Below are positions 19,564-29,989 of a stretch of 64,000 bases of DNA, piece after piece (the stretch's first letter is position 1; every line of letters starts with the position of its first letter). The stretch comes from an uncultured Candidatus Rokubacteria bacterium (lineage in GTDB: Bacteria; Methylomirabilota; Methylomirabilia; Rokubacteriales; CSP1-6), in assembly GCA_963789955.1 (NCBI GenBank), contig CAWBMV010000037.1, forward strand, positions 128,001 to 192,000, read 5' to 3'. The notes beneath the pieces are model-generated. The model made no database searches, was not told the origin of the DNA, and worked only from the letters and a program-made list of their open reading frames with translations. Made by a program: the position numbers and the translations under genes.

Positions 19564-21580
19564 TCAGGCCTCCTCCAGCTGACGGGCCAGCTCGGCGCGA
19601 TCGGTCACGGGAAGCTCGCAGGCGTAGTTCCGGCAGACGTACGCGGTCGCCTTGCCGCCCACCGCTTCCCGTCCCTGGAGCAGTGGAATCCCGGCCGCCC
19701 CGGCGCCGTCGCCGCTCACCATCCCCGTCACCACACGGTTGGGAAGGTAGCGGCCGAACACCTCGTTCACGAGCGCGCCGAGCCCGTCGCCCGCGACGGG
19801 AGCCACCAGCGCCACCTCGACCACGGGCCCGAGATGAAAATCGAGCGCGCACAGGAAGCGGCCGAAGCCGCTGGCGTGTCGGGCCATCAGATCCGCCATC
19901 GGCCTCAGCGCGGTCAGCGCCGTCGTTTCGTAGCGCGACTCGCCCGTCAGCACCGCCAGCCGGAAGAGCGTCTCGATGGCGACCGACGTGCCGCACGGCA
20001 CCGCGTTGTCGAACAGATTGCGCGGCCGCACGATGAGCGGCTCGCCATCGCTCCCGGTGTCGTAGAAGCCGTCGAGCCGATCGTCCCAGAAGAGCCGGAT
20101 CATGTCGTCGGCCAGCGCGCGCGCCTCGTCGAGCCATCGCCGGTCGAACGTCGCCTCGTAGACTTCGAGCAGCGCCACCGCGACCATCGCGTAGTCTTCG
20201 AGATAGCCCTTGAGCTTCGCCCGGCCGCCCTTCCACGTTCGGAGCAGGCGGCCGTCGGCCCGCATCGAGCCCAGGATGAACTCGGCGTTCTTGACGGCGG
20301 CGGCGATGTAGTCCGGCCGCCCGAGCGCCCGGCCCGCCTCGGCGAACGCCCGGCAGGCGAGGCCGTTCCACGACGCGAGCACCTTGTCGTCACGACCCGG
20401 GTGGACACGCTTCTCGCGCGCGTCGTAGAGCTTTCGCTTGATCGCCGCGATCCGCAGCGGATCCGGCTCGCCCGCGACGTAGAGGATGCTCTTGCCCTCG
20501 AAGTTCGGGCCGCGGTCCACACCCCAGTACCGGCCCGCGTACTCCGCGTCGGCGGCCCCGAGCACCTCGCGCAGCTCGTCGGGGCTCCACACGAAGAACT
20601 TGCCCTCGTGGCCCTCGGAATCCGCGTCCTGCGACGAATAGAAGCCGCCGGCCGGGTCCGTCATCTCGCGCAGGAGGTAGTCGAGCGTCTCCTCGCACAC
20701 GCGGCGGCACTCCGGGTCGCCGAGCGCGAGCCAGCCGTGCAGGTAGAGCGAGGCGAGCTGCGCGTTGTCGTACAGCATCTTCTCGAAGTGCGGCACCAGC
20801 CAGTGCGCGTCGACCGAGTAGCGATGGAAGCCGCCGCCGACCTGGTCGTACATGCCGCCGCGCGCCATCATCGTCAAGGTGGTGTGCGCCGTCTGGCGCG
20901 CGCGCGCGTTCTGCGTGCGCTTCCAGTAGCGCAGCACGAACTCCCAGATCATCGGCTGCGGGAACTTCGGCGCGCCGCCCAGCCCTCCGTCGGCGTCGTC
21001 GAACTGCGCCGAGATGAACTGAAACGCGTCGCCGAGGATCGCGGGCGGTCAGGAGCTCGGTCGCCGCGCGCAGGCGCTCGGACTGGCCGAGCGCCTCGCT
21101 GATCTTTCGCGACGACTCGACGACTTCGCCGCGGCGTGTCGCCCACGCGTCGGCGATCGCCGCCAGCAGGCGCGGGAACCCCGGCAGGCCGTGACGGTCG
21201 ACCGGCGGGTAATACGTACCGCCGTAGAACGGCGCGCCGTCGGGTGTGAGGAACACGGTCATCGGCCAGCCGCCGTGACCGGTCATCGACTGGACGGCCT
21301 GCATGTAGATCTGGTCGACGTCGGGGCGCTCCTCCCGGTCGACCTTCACGCTCACGAAGTGCCGGTTCATCACGCCGGCGATCTCGGGATTCTCGAACGA
21401 CTCGTGCTCCATCACGTGACACCAGTGGCAGGCCGAGTAGCCGACCGAGAGCAGGAGCGGCTTGTCCTCGGCGCGCGCCTTGGCGAAGGCCTCGTCGCCC
21501 CACGGATACCAGTCGACGGGGTTGTGCGCGTGCTGGAGCAGGTACGGGCTGGTTTCCTGAGCGAGACGGTTGTCAGCCAC
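19564..21580 (-). CDS. YyaL/SSP411 thioredoxin-domain protein (frameshift near 21040)
   Basis: Motifs [26 protein letters not shown] and [10 protein letters not shown]. Confidence 0.88.
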
Positions 21581-21587
21581 GGCGTCG

Positions 21588-22571
21588 TCAGCGCGCGAAC
21601 GGCAGCGCGCTGACCGTGGCCGCCACCGTCGTGCCGGAGAAACGAACCGACACACGCGTGCCCGGCTCGGCGTGCTGGCGGCGGACGAACGCCAGGGCGA
21701 TCGGACGCGAGAGGCCGAACGACCGGGCCGCGCTCGTGACCTTGCCGATCGTCGTATCGTCGGCCAGGACCTCGGCTCCCGGCTGCAGGCACCTGGTCGC
21801 CGTCGATCACCAGGCCACGGAGCATGCGGTTCACGTGGCCTCGGTCGCGAATCCTGACGACGACCTCCTGGCCGGGATAGCAGCCCTTCGTGTGAGAGAG
21901 CAGATTCTCGAACGGGATCTCCGGCAGCAGCACGGACTCGTCCACGTCGTGACCGAACAGCGGCGTGCCCGCCTCGATCCTCAGCGATTCGTAGGCCTCG
22001 TGGCCGATCGGCCGGGCACCGGCTGCCGACGAGCGTCTCGCGCACGTTCGCCGCCTCGCCGGCCGGGCACATGATCCACACCTCGGCCTCGCCGGTCTCG
22101 CGCGCGCCACTCACGAGCCGTATCGGCGTCTCGCCGAGCTTGGCGGCGACGTGCGACCACGGGCTGTCGGGCGGCGCCGCGCCCGCGAGTCGGGTGGTCG
22201 TCTCGCGAGCGGCCGGACCGGCCAGCACGAAGAGCGCGTACTCGCGTGAGACGTCCTCGATCGCCACCTTCTCGGAGAAGAGATAGTGATCGAGCGCCTC
22301 GGCGGTCTTCGCGGCCATCGCCGGCGGCGTGACGACGAAGATCCGGTCGTCGGCGACCCAGACGAACAGGACGACCTGCACCTTGCCGTGGATGTCGAGC
22401 AACGTCGCCGCGCACCCCTGCCCCGGCGCCCAGCGCCTTGATCTCGTTGCTGACGAGCGCGTGAAGGAAGCTGGCCCGATCGCGGCCGGTGAGCTCGAGG
22501 ACGCCGAAATCGCTGCGGTCGAGGAGGCCGACCTGACGTCGCACGAGCGCGTACTCTTCGGACGGAGCCAT
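21588..22571 (-). CDS. ygfZ: YgfZ/GcvT-family folate-binding protein (several frameshifts)
   Basis: Signature [19 protein letters not shown] at the N-terminus. Confidence 0.78.
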
Positions 22572-22612
22572 GGCGTCATTCTACATGACGACCGCGTGCT
22601 AGACTGCGCCCG

Positions 22613-23272
22613 GTGCGACCGCCACCACGCTCCACGATTCGCCGCTTCCAGCGACGACTGCTCGCGTGGTACGCGGAGCACGGCCGTGACCTGCCCTGGC
22701 GGCGCACGCGGCAGCCGTATCGCGTGCTGGTGTCGGAGATCATGCTGCAGCAGACGCAGGTCGACCGGGTCGTCCCGAAGTATCACGAGTTCCTGCGTCA
22801 CTACCCGACCATCGAGAAGCTCGCCGCGGCGCCGGTCGACGCCGTGCGACGTCTCTGGTACCCGCTCGGCTACAACATCCGTCCGATCCGGCTTCACGCG
22901 ATCGCGTGCGAGAGCGTCGCCCGCTACGGTGGACGGCTCCCCGACCGCGAAGAAGCGCTGCGGCAGATGCCGGGGATCGGCCGCTACACGGCCGGCGCGA
23001 TCCTGTCGTTCGCCTACGGACAGGACGCCGCCGTGCTCGATACCAACGTGCGGCGCGTCCTCGGTCGCGTCTTCCTCGGGCCGCGGCGGCTCGCGCGGGT
23101 GCGCGGGCAGCGGATCTTCTGGGATCTCGCCGCGGCGCTCGTCCCACGCGGCCGCGGCTACGACTTCAATCAGGCGCTCATGGATTTCGGGGCGACGTGG
23201 TGCACGCCGCGCAAGCCCCGCTGTGCTCCCTGCCCCATGAAGCGCTTCTGCGCCACGTACCGGGTTGCCTGA
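22613..23272 (+). CDS. mutY: A/G-specific adenine glycosylase, HhH-GPD + 4Fe-4S core
   Basis: Motifs [28 protein letters not shown] and C-x6-C-x2-C-x5-C. Confidence 0.88.
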   Translation: MRPPPRSTIRRFQRRLLAWYAEHGRDLPWRRTRQPYRVLVSEIMLQQTQVDRVVPKYHEFLRHYPTIEKLAAAPVDAVRRLWYPLGYNIRPIRLHAIACESVARYGGRLPDREEALRQMPGIGRYTAGAILSFAYGQDAAVLDTNVRRVLGRVFLGPRRLARVRGQRIFWDLAAALVPRGRGYDFNQALMDFGATWCTPRKPRCAPCPMKRFCATYRVA

Positions 23273-23651
23273 TCTCGTCGAGGTCGTCGCGGGCTTGATC
23301 CAGGACGATGCGCGCCGCTATCTGATCACGCGGCGCCGCGGCAGCTCGCATCTCGCGGGGATGTGGGAATTCCCGGGCGGCAAGCGGGAGGCCGGCGAGT
23401 CGCTCGAGGACGCGCTTCGGCGCGAGCTCACCGAGGAGCTATCGGCGCGCTTCGAGGTCGGCGAGAGGGTCGAGACCGTCCGGTGGGAGTATCCCGAACG
23501 GACGGTCGTCATCCACTTCTATCGCTGCCGACACGAGTCGGGGACGATCGAGCCGCGCGAGTCGCAGGCGATGGAATGGGTCGCGCCGGAGCGTCTCAAG
23601 GAATTCGAGTTCCCGCCGGCCGACCGGGAGCTGATCGCCCGCCTTCGCTGA
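23265..23651 (+). CDS. mutT: MutT/NudG-family Nudix hydrolase
   Basis: Nudix box [26 protein letters not shown]. Confidence 0.8.
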   Translation: MPDLVEVVAGLIQDDARRYLITRRRGSSHLAGMWEFPGGKREAGESLEDALRRELTEELSARFEVGERVETVRWEYPERTVVIHFYRCRHESGTIEPRESQAMEWVAPERLKEFEFPPADRELIARLR

Positions 23652-23662
23652 CCGGCCGCATC

Positions 23663-25243
23663 TCAACGATCTCGGGTCCACGCCCGTTGCCAGAGATCCA
23701 GGCGGGGCTTCAGTGGATCGGTACCGACGATCACGCCCGAATTGGTGAAGTGTATGAGCCGATCGACTTCGCGATCGTGCCGCGGCCACAGCGGCCTGCC
23801 GCCGCCGTTGGGGTCGGTGGTCAGTCCGAAGCTCACCCAGTAGGCGCTGACGAGATCCGCCATCGCCTGGTCGGTTGGGGTCACCTTCTTCGGCCCCACG
23901 AGCGCGGCCGGGACGTTCATGGCGAATGGGATCTCGTAGCCGTGCAGGGCGCCCATGTTCTGGCCTCGCTGCGCTTCCGACACGTAGGCGAAGCGGTAGA
24001 GCCAGACGGTCTGGCCGGTGCGCGCCATCTCGTTCGCGAGGTGCCGCGCCGGTTCCACGAGCGTCCGGTCGGCGAAGATTTGCTGCTTGAGCTCGTCGAG
24101 CGTGGAATCGCCGAGCGGGTCGTAGAGCCTGCGCGCCTTGTCCGCGTCCGGACCGAACAGGCCGAACAGCTCGTACTTGGTGCTCGCCGAGCCGAGCGCG
24201 AGGTCGCGGTCGTTGGCGCCGATGATGACGGGCACCACCGTCTGGCGACCGGCCGCGAGCGCGGCCTCCGGACGCTCGGTCAGGAAGCGGCCGTCGATGA
24301 TCGACATCGCCATCCCCGGCGGGGTGGTGTCGGCCGCCAGCGCCTTCAAGGTCGCGGCAGCGCTGACGCCCTCGAGAAGCTTCGCGGCCGGCAGGGCGCG
24401 CAGCTCCTTCAGAGCCGCGACGCCCTCGCCGGTCACGCCGACCGAGCGGCTCCAGTCCGTCGCGATCTTCTCGGCCGTCGCGAGGTCGGAAGACGGGATC
24501 GCTCTCGCCCGCGGACCCGGCGTGCCGGGCGACTGCAAGATCGCGCGCTGGAAGAGCCCGCGCGACATCGGCGAGACGAGGTGCGCGAGCACCGAGCCGC
24601 CGCCGGCCGATTCGCCGAAGATGGTGACCTGGTCCGGATCGCCGCCGAAGGCGGCAATGTTGTTCTGCACCCAACGCAACGCGGCGAGCTGATCCATGAA
24701 TCCGTAGTTGCCGCGTACGTCGTCCGGCGCCTCGTCGCCCAGCGCCGGATGCGCGAAGTATCCGAAGCGACCGAGCCGGAAGTTCATGCTGACGACCATG
24801 ACGCCCTTCGCCGCCATGGCGTCGAACGGGTAGAGGGAAGCGCCGCCGTGCACCATCGCGCCGCCGTGCATCCAGACCATGACCGGCAGCGGTCGGGCCG
24901 GAGCCTGGGCGGGGCGCCAGACGTTGAGCGTGAGGCAATCCTCGGACTTGGGCACGTTGTCGGTCTGCATGCAGGCGGGCCCGAACCGATTCGTCTCCTT
25001 CACCCCCGTCCAGGGCAGCACCGGCTGCGGGTTTCGCCAGCGAAGCTCGCCGACCGGCGCCGCGGCATAGGGAATGCCCTTCCAGCTGATCACGCTGTTC
25101 GCGAGCACGCCGCGCACGGTGCCGTCCTCGAGGGTGGCCATGGTCGCGGTTCCGTGCACCTGCGCGCACGCCTGTCCGGTGACGAACAGGATCGCTCCAG
25201 CCGCGGTGAGCGCCGACAGTGTCCGAAGACGCCGAGTCACCAT
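23663..25243 (-). CDS. Type-B carboxylesterase, exported
   Basis: Motifs KGIPYA, EDCL.LNVW and FGESAGG; signal peptide. Confidence 0.9.
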   Translation of the reverse strand: MVTRRLRTLSALTAAGAILFVTGQACAQVHGTATMATLEDGTVRGVLANSVISWKGIPYAAAPVGELRWRNPQPVLPWTGVKETNRFGPACMQTDNVPKSEDCLTLNVWRPAQAPARPLPVMVWMHGGAMVHGGASLYPFDAMAAKGVMVVSMNFRLGRFGYFAHPALGDEAPDDVRGNYGFMDQLAALRWVQNNIAAFGGDPDQVTIFGESAGGGSVLAHLVSPMSRGLFQRAILQSPGTPGPRARAIPSSDLATAEKIATDWSRSVGVTGEGVAALKELRALPAAKLLEGVSAAATLKALAADTTPPGMAMSIIDGRFLTERPEAALAAGRQTVVPVIIGANDRDLALGSASTKYELFGLFGPDADKARRLYDPLGDSTLDELKQQIFADRTLVEPARHLANEMARTGQTVWLYRFAYVSEAQRGQNMGALHGYEIPFAMNVPAALVGPKKVTPTDQAMADLVSAYWVSFGLTTDPNGGGRPLWPRHDREVDRLIHFTNSGVIVGTDPLKPRLDLWQRAWTRDR

Positions 25244-25333
25244 ATGTGCGCCTGATTGTTCGGCCCACGCGTGCCGACGACAAATTGGACTTTGGTCCGA
25301 TGGTCGTCGCCGGTACAATCGGCTCCTTCCAAC

Positions 25334-26495
25334 ATGGACCTACCGAAGACGGCAAGCGCGGTGGTGATCGGCGGCGGTGTCGTGGGCTGCAGCATCGCCT
25401 ACAATCTCGCACGGCGCGGTCTCGCCGGCGTCGTCGTCGTGGAGCGCGAGACCGTCGGCTCGGGAACGACGAGCAAGGCGGCGGGCGGCATTCGTGTCCA
25501 GTTCCCGACCGAGACCGAGATCCGCTTCTCGCTGGAAGCGATCCGCGTGTTCGAGCGCTTTCAGGACGAGTTCGGCGTCGATCCCGGCTACAAGAAGATC
25601 GGCTACCTGTTCCTCGTCTCCGATCCCAAGCAGCTCAGCGCATTCGAGAAGCGGATCGCGCTGCAGACCAAGCTCGGCGGCGACGTGCGGGTCATCACGC
25701 CCGATGATGCCCGGAAGCTCGTCCCGGCCCTCCGGGTCGACGATCTGATCGCGGCGGTGTGGGGCCCCGGAGACGGGCTGGCCGGGCCGGCCGAGGTCAC
25801 GGCCGGCTTCGCGCGGCGGGCGCGCGAGCTCGGCGTGAAGATCATCGAGGGCGTGCGCGTCGAGTCGATCGAACGGACGGAAGGCCGGGTGACCGGCGTG
25901 ACGACGACGACCGGAGCGGATCTCCTCGCCGCTGGTGATCAACGCGGCCGGACCCTCCGCCGCGCGCGTGGCGCGGCTCGCGGGTGTCGATCTGCCGGTG
26001 CACCCGCGGCGCCGGCACATCTTCTTCACCGAGCCCTTCCCCGCCATTCCCGGACCCGTGCCGCTGACGACCGACGTGACGAGCGGCTTCTACTTCAGGA
26101 AGGAAATGGAGCAGGTGCTGCTGAGCCCGGGCGACGTCGAGGACATCGGCGAGGACTTCGACGTGCCGATGGATCCCGGGAAGGTCGAGGAGGCCGTGCA
26201 GAAGGCGATCCAGCGCCTGCCGATCATCGGTGACGCGCGCATCGCCGGCGGCTGGGCCGGGCTCAGGCCGCTCACGCCCGACGATCACGCGATCATCGGC
26301 TGGGCGCCTGGTGTCGGCGGCTTCTTCCAGGCGGTCGGCTTCGGCGGCCACGGCTTCCAGCACTCGCCCGCGACCGGCCGCTACGTGGCGGAATGGCTGC
26401 TCGACGGCAAGCCGTCCATGGACCTGTCGCTCTTCGATCCCCGGCGATTCAGCCGCGGGCGAGCCGCCGCGGACCTCAAGGTCGACGCCGAGTAG
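25334..26495 (+). CDS. FAD-dependent oxidoreductase, sarcosine oxidase beta/DAAO family (frameshift near 25920)
   Basis: Motifs IGGGVVG, NAAG, WAGLRPLTPD and GHGFQHSPA. Confidence 0.82.
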
Positions 26496-26499
26496 CTCG

Positions 26500-27612
26500 A
26501 TGAAGATCGCCGACGTTCGCGTGATCCTCGCGGATATTCCCGTCACGCGCCCGCACAAGATGTCCTTCACCACGCTCGAGGCCGTCAACTTCGCCTTCGT
26601 TCGCCTCGAGACCGCCGACGGCCTCGTCGGCTGGGGCGAAGCCGCGTGCCTGGGCGGCCCGACGTGGAGCGAAGAATCGTCGGAGTCGGTCGCCGTCACC
26701 ATCGAGCGCTACATCGCACCGTGGCTCGTCGGGCGCGATGCGACTTTGATCGAGGCACTGAGCCGCGAGATGGCGAAGCGCGTCCAGGGCAATCCCTTCG
26801 CGCGCGCCGCGGTCGAGATGGCGCTCTGGGACCTGAACGGCCGGGCGCTCGGTGTTCCCGTCCATCGCCTGCTCGGCGGCCGTGTGCGCGACCGCGTGCC
26901 GCTCTCGTGGTCGCTCGCGGTCGAGAGCCCCGAAGCCGAGATCGCCGAGGCGCGCGAGAAGGTGGCCCGCGGCCACCGCATCTTCAAGATCAAGACCGCC
27001 GCGCATCCGGTGGCCCACGACGTCGACCGGGTCCGGCGACTCCGCGAGGCTGTTGGGCCCGACGTCTCGCTCCGCGTCGACGCCAATCAGGGATGGGATC
27101 GCGCGACGGCGCTCCAGGCCATCCGGGCCTTCGAGCCCTATCACCTGGATTTCGTCGAGCAGCCGGTGGCGCGCTGGGACGGCGACGGGATGGCCGAGAT
27201 CGCGCGGGCGGTGACGGTGCCGGTGATGGCCGACGAGTCCTGCTGCTCGACCCACGACGCGCTCGCGATCACCCGGCGTGGCGGCGTGAGCATTCTCGCG
27301 CTCAAGCTGACGAAGTCAGCCGGCATTCTCAACACGATGGCGATCGCGCGCATCGCCGAGGCCGCCGGGATGAGCTGCTACGTGGGCTGCATGATCGAGA
27401 CGTCGCTCGGCACCGCGGCCTACCTGCAGGTGGCGCTCGCGGCAGCGCCGGTCACGTGGGGCTGCGAGCTGTTCGGCCCGTTGCTCCTCAAAGGCGACGT
27501 GGTACGCCGGCCCGTGCAATACGCCGACGGCGCGATTCTGGCGCTCGACGGCCCAGGCCTCGGCGTCGAGATCGACGAGGCGCTCCTGAAGGAGTGGTCG
27601 CGCCCTCGCTGA
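26500..27612 (+). CDS. Muconate cycloisomerase-like enolase superfamily enzyme
   Basis: Motifs GWGE, FKIK, DANQGW, EQP and ADES. Confidence 0.82.
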   Translation: MKIADVRVILADIPVTRPHKMSFTTLEAVNFAFVRLETADGLVGWGEAACLGGPTWSEESSESVAVTIERYIAPWLVGRDATLIEALSREMAKRVQGNPFARAAVEMALWDLNGRALGVPVHRLLGGRVRDRVPLSWSLAVESPEAEIAEAREKVARGHRIFKIKTAAHPVAHDVDRVRRLREAVGPDVSLRVDANQGWDRATALQAIRAFEPYHLDFVEQPVARWDGDGMAEIARAVTVPVMADESCCSTHDALAITRRGGVSILALKLTKSAGILNTMAIARIAEAAGMSCYVGCMIETSLGTAAYLQVALAAAPVTWGCELFGPLLLKGDVVRRPVQYADGAILALDGPGLGVEIDEALLKEWSRPR

Positions 27613-27623
27613 GCCGGTCACAC

Positions 27624-28384
27624 TCAGCGCTGCTTGGTGAGAAAGGCCTCCATCCCGCGCTTGGCGTCTCCCGCCGCGAACGACGCGTGATGCGCGCTCT
27701 CGCAGAATCGAGCGCAGGCTCGGAAGTCGGACTCGGTCCGCCGCCGCGCGTACTGCTTGTTCTGCTTCATCGCGATCGGCGCGAACTGCGCCAGCGTTGC
27801 GGGCCAGCGCGGTCGCCTCGGTCATAAGCTCGCGCCGGGGAACCACCTTGATCGTCAGCCCGGCGTCCTGCGCCTGCCGGGCGTCGAGTGAATCGCCGCT
27901 GAGGACGAGATAGAGGCCACGGCTCATCCCGATCGTGTTCCAGAGGAGCTCGAGGCCGAAGACGGCCGGGATCCCGTCGCGGATCTCGGGCATCCCGTAG
28001 CGCGCGTTCTCGGACGAGATCCGGATGTCGGCCAGCAGCGCCAGCTGACAGCCCGCGCCCATCGCCCAGCCGTTCACCGCGGCGATCACCGGGACGTCGA
28101 GCATCCGGATCTGGTCGTACAGGGTCTCGAACTCCCGTACCCACTCCTCGGCCTCGGGCCCGCTCATGTCCTTCGCTTCGGTCAGGTCCTGCCCGGCGCT
28201 GAACGCCTGCTCGCCCGCGCCCGTCATGACGACGGCGCGAATGCTCTCGATCGTGCTTGATCTGCGCCAACGCGTCGGCCAGCTCGCCCTTGAGCGCGCG
28301 ATTGAGCGCGTTCAAGACGCGCGGCCGATTGAGCGTGATGACGACGACGTTCTCCGTTCGCTCCCACACGATGTTTGCGTACAT
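27624..28384 (-). CDS. Enoyl-CoA hydratase/isomerase (frameshifts)
   Basis: Motifs TLNRPRVLNAL, FSAGQDL, AAVNGWAMGAG and GMPE. Confidence 0.8.
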
Positions 28385-28452
28385 GCACGCCTCCTCCTGA
28401 GTCGATCGTCGCCGACTCTAGCATGCGCGACTTCAGCCGTGACCGTCGGCCC

Positions 28453-29744
28453 CTACCTCGCCAACGGATGCAGTACGTCGATGGCGTAGGCGACGTCGAG
28501 ACGCTCCCCCAGCCAGTGCGGCAGCGCCGTGCGCGCGTGAAGAGCCAGCCCGTTCTCTTCGTTTCGCGATCGAATGACGGCCACAGGATCCGCCGGTAGA
28601 TCTGGAGACGGCGGGACCTGCGGGATCGCCACGCCATTGGGCCGCTTGAATTGAAGCTCGCCGTCCGGCTGGCGTTCCACCAGAAAACCCTGCTCGTGAA
28701 CCGCGCGGTGATGCCGGCGGCACAGCATCGTGAGGTTCGAGAGCGTCGTCGGGCCGCCGTGCGCCCAATGGCGGATGTGGTGACCCTGCCCGAAGCGCAC
28801 GCCGCAGCCCGGGAAGCGACAGCCCTTGTCACGATGCTGAAGCGCTCTTCGAATCGCCGGGGGAATCGTCCGTGTTCGGGCGCCGACCTCTATCACTCGC
28901 CCCTCGGCGTCCTGACACATGAGCACTCGGGTCGCGTCGCAGGCGAGGCGCTGCGACGTTCCGGCCGGAACGCGCGCCCCGCCCTCGAGCACCGATTGCC
29001 CGGGTTGCTCGGCGTCGGCCAGGACGGCAGCATCGACGTGCACAACCACCTGATAGCGCTCTCCTGGGGCACCGGGATCGATGCCCTTGTGGAGCGCGGT
29101 CTCGGCAAGCAACGTAAGTGCGTCGGCTTGTAACTGCTCCATCGTCGGCGGATTGTCGTCGAGCGCTTCGTCACGGCGTCTCTGGCACAGGCACTCCCGG
29201 GCCGCCTCTAGCGCCTTGAGGAGCAAGGCACCTACCTCCGGAGTCAATCGTCCGTGGATCCTGACGGTACCGTCTTCGTCCTGATACACGTGCAGCGCGC
29301 GAGCGGCGTGGTGGCGATTGGCCACCTGGTTTTCGGTCTTGAGGTCCATCCGGCGCCAGCCACGGACGATGCGCTCGACATGTTCAGCGGTACCGGCCCG
29401 GCCGACCGCCAGCAGTGTTTCTTCAGTCTCGGGCGTTGCCACACGGGTCAGCTCACGAACCTTGGCATAGGACAGCTCGCCGCGGGCAAGCGCCTGCGCC
29501 AGCAACGGCAGCGTGCCGAGGGCACGTGCAACCCGCACGTGCTCCCGAGCCGCGCCCGGAGCGTAGCCCACGCGCCAGCTCAGCCACGCGGCGCACGAGC
29601 TGAAGCCCGAGTTCCATCCGCCGCGCGCGTCGAACTCGCGGATGAGATCGAGCAGCCGCGCGGTCGCCGCTTCGAGATGCGCCGAGAGCTCGGCGATCTC
29701 GTCACCGAGGCGATCGATAGCCGCGTAGTAAGATCGGGGTCCAT
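28453..29744 (-). mobile_element. DUF222 (13E12-repeat-like) HNH endonuclease gene, putative selfish element (frameshift near 29725)
   Basis: N-terminal GDEIAELSAHL...AWLSWR and RLACDA. C-terminal RDKGCRFPGC..HHIRHWAHGGPT.LSNL..LCRRHH. RBS AAAGGAG. More AT-rich codons than the neighbouring genes. Confidence 0.8.
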
Positions 29745-29989
29745 GACGAGTCTCCTTTCGCTAGATCGACCCTACACCCCGGTCTTGGGAGCACGCCGAC
29801 GGCGCTGAGAACGACGATCGCGGATGGTCCCCGGTCATTTTCGCGAGACCACACGGTCCTCGTTCGTTCGCGGTCCCTGGACGTTCCTGGAGCGATCTCC
29901 GAGATATGCTCGCGACGTGCCCCGATCGCCGCGCCGAACGCTGTCAAGGTGCAATTTTTTAGACACTAGGCCTCTGCTACCGTAGGCCG

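Noticed and set aside
20390..22897. 835-aa ygfZ-yyaL 'fusion'
   Set aside because: It is a composite created by frameshifts; the ygfZ stop (21588) and yyaL start (21580) are identifiable.
28443..29802. 8-bp inverted repeat CCGTCGGC/GCCGACGG as terminal repeats of the HNH element
   Set aside because: It is too short and GC-rich to exceed chance, and there is no target-site duplication.
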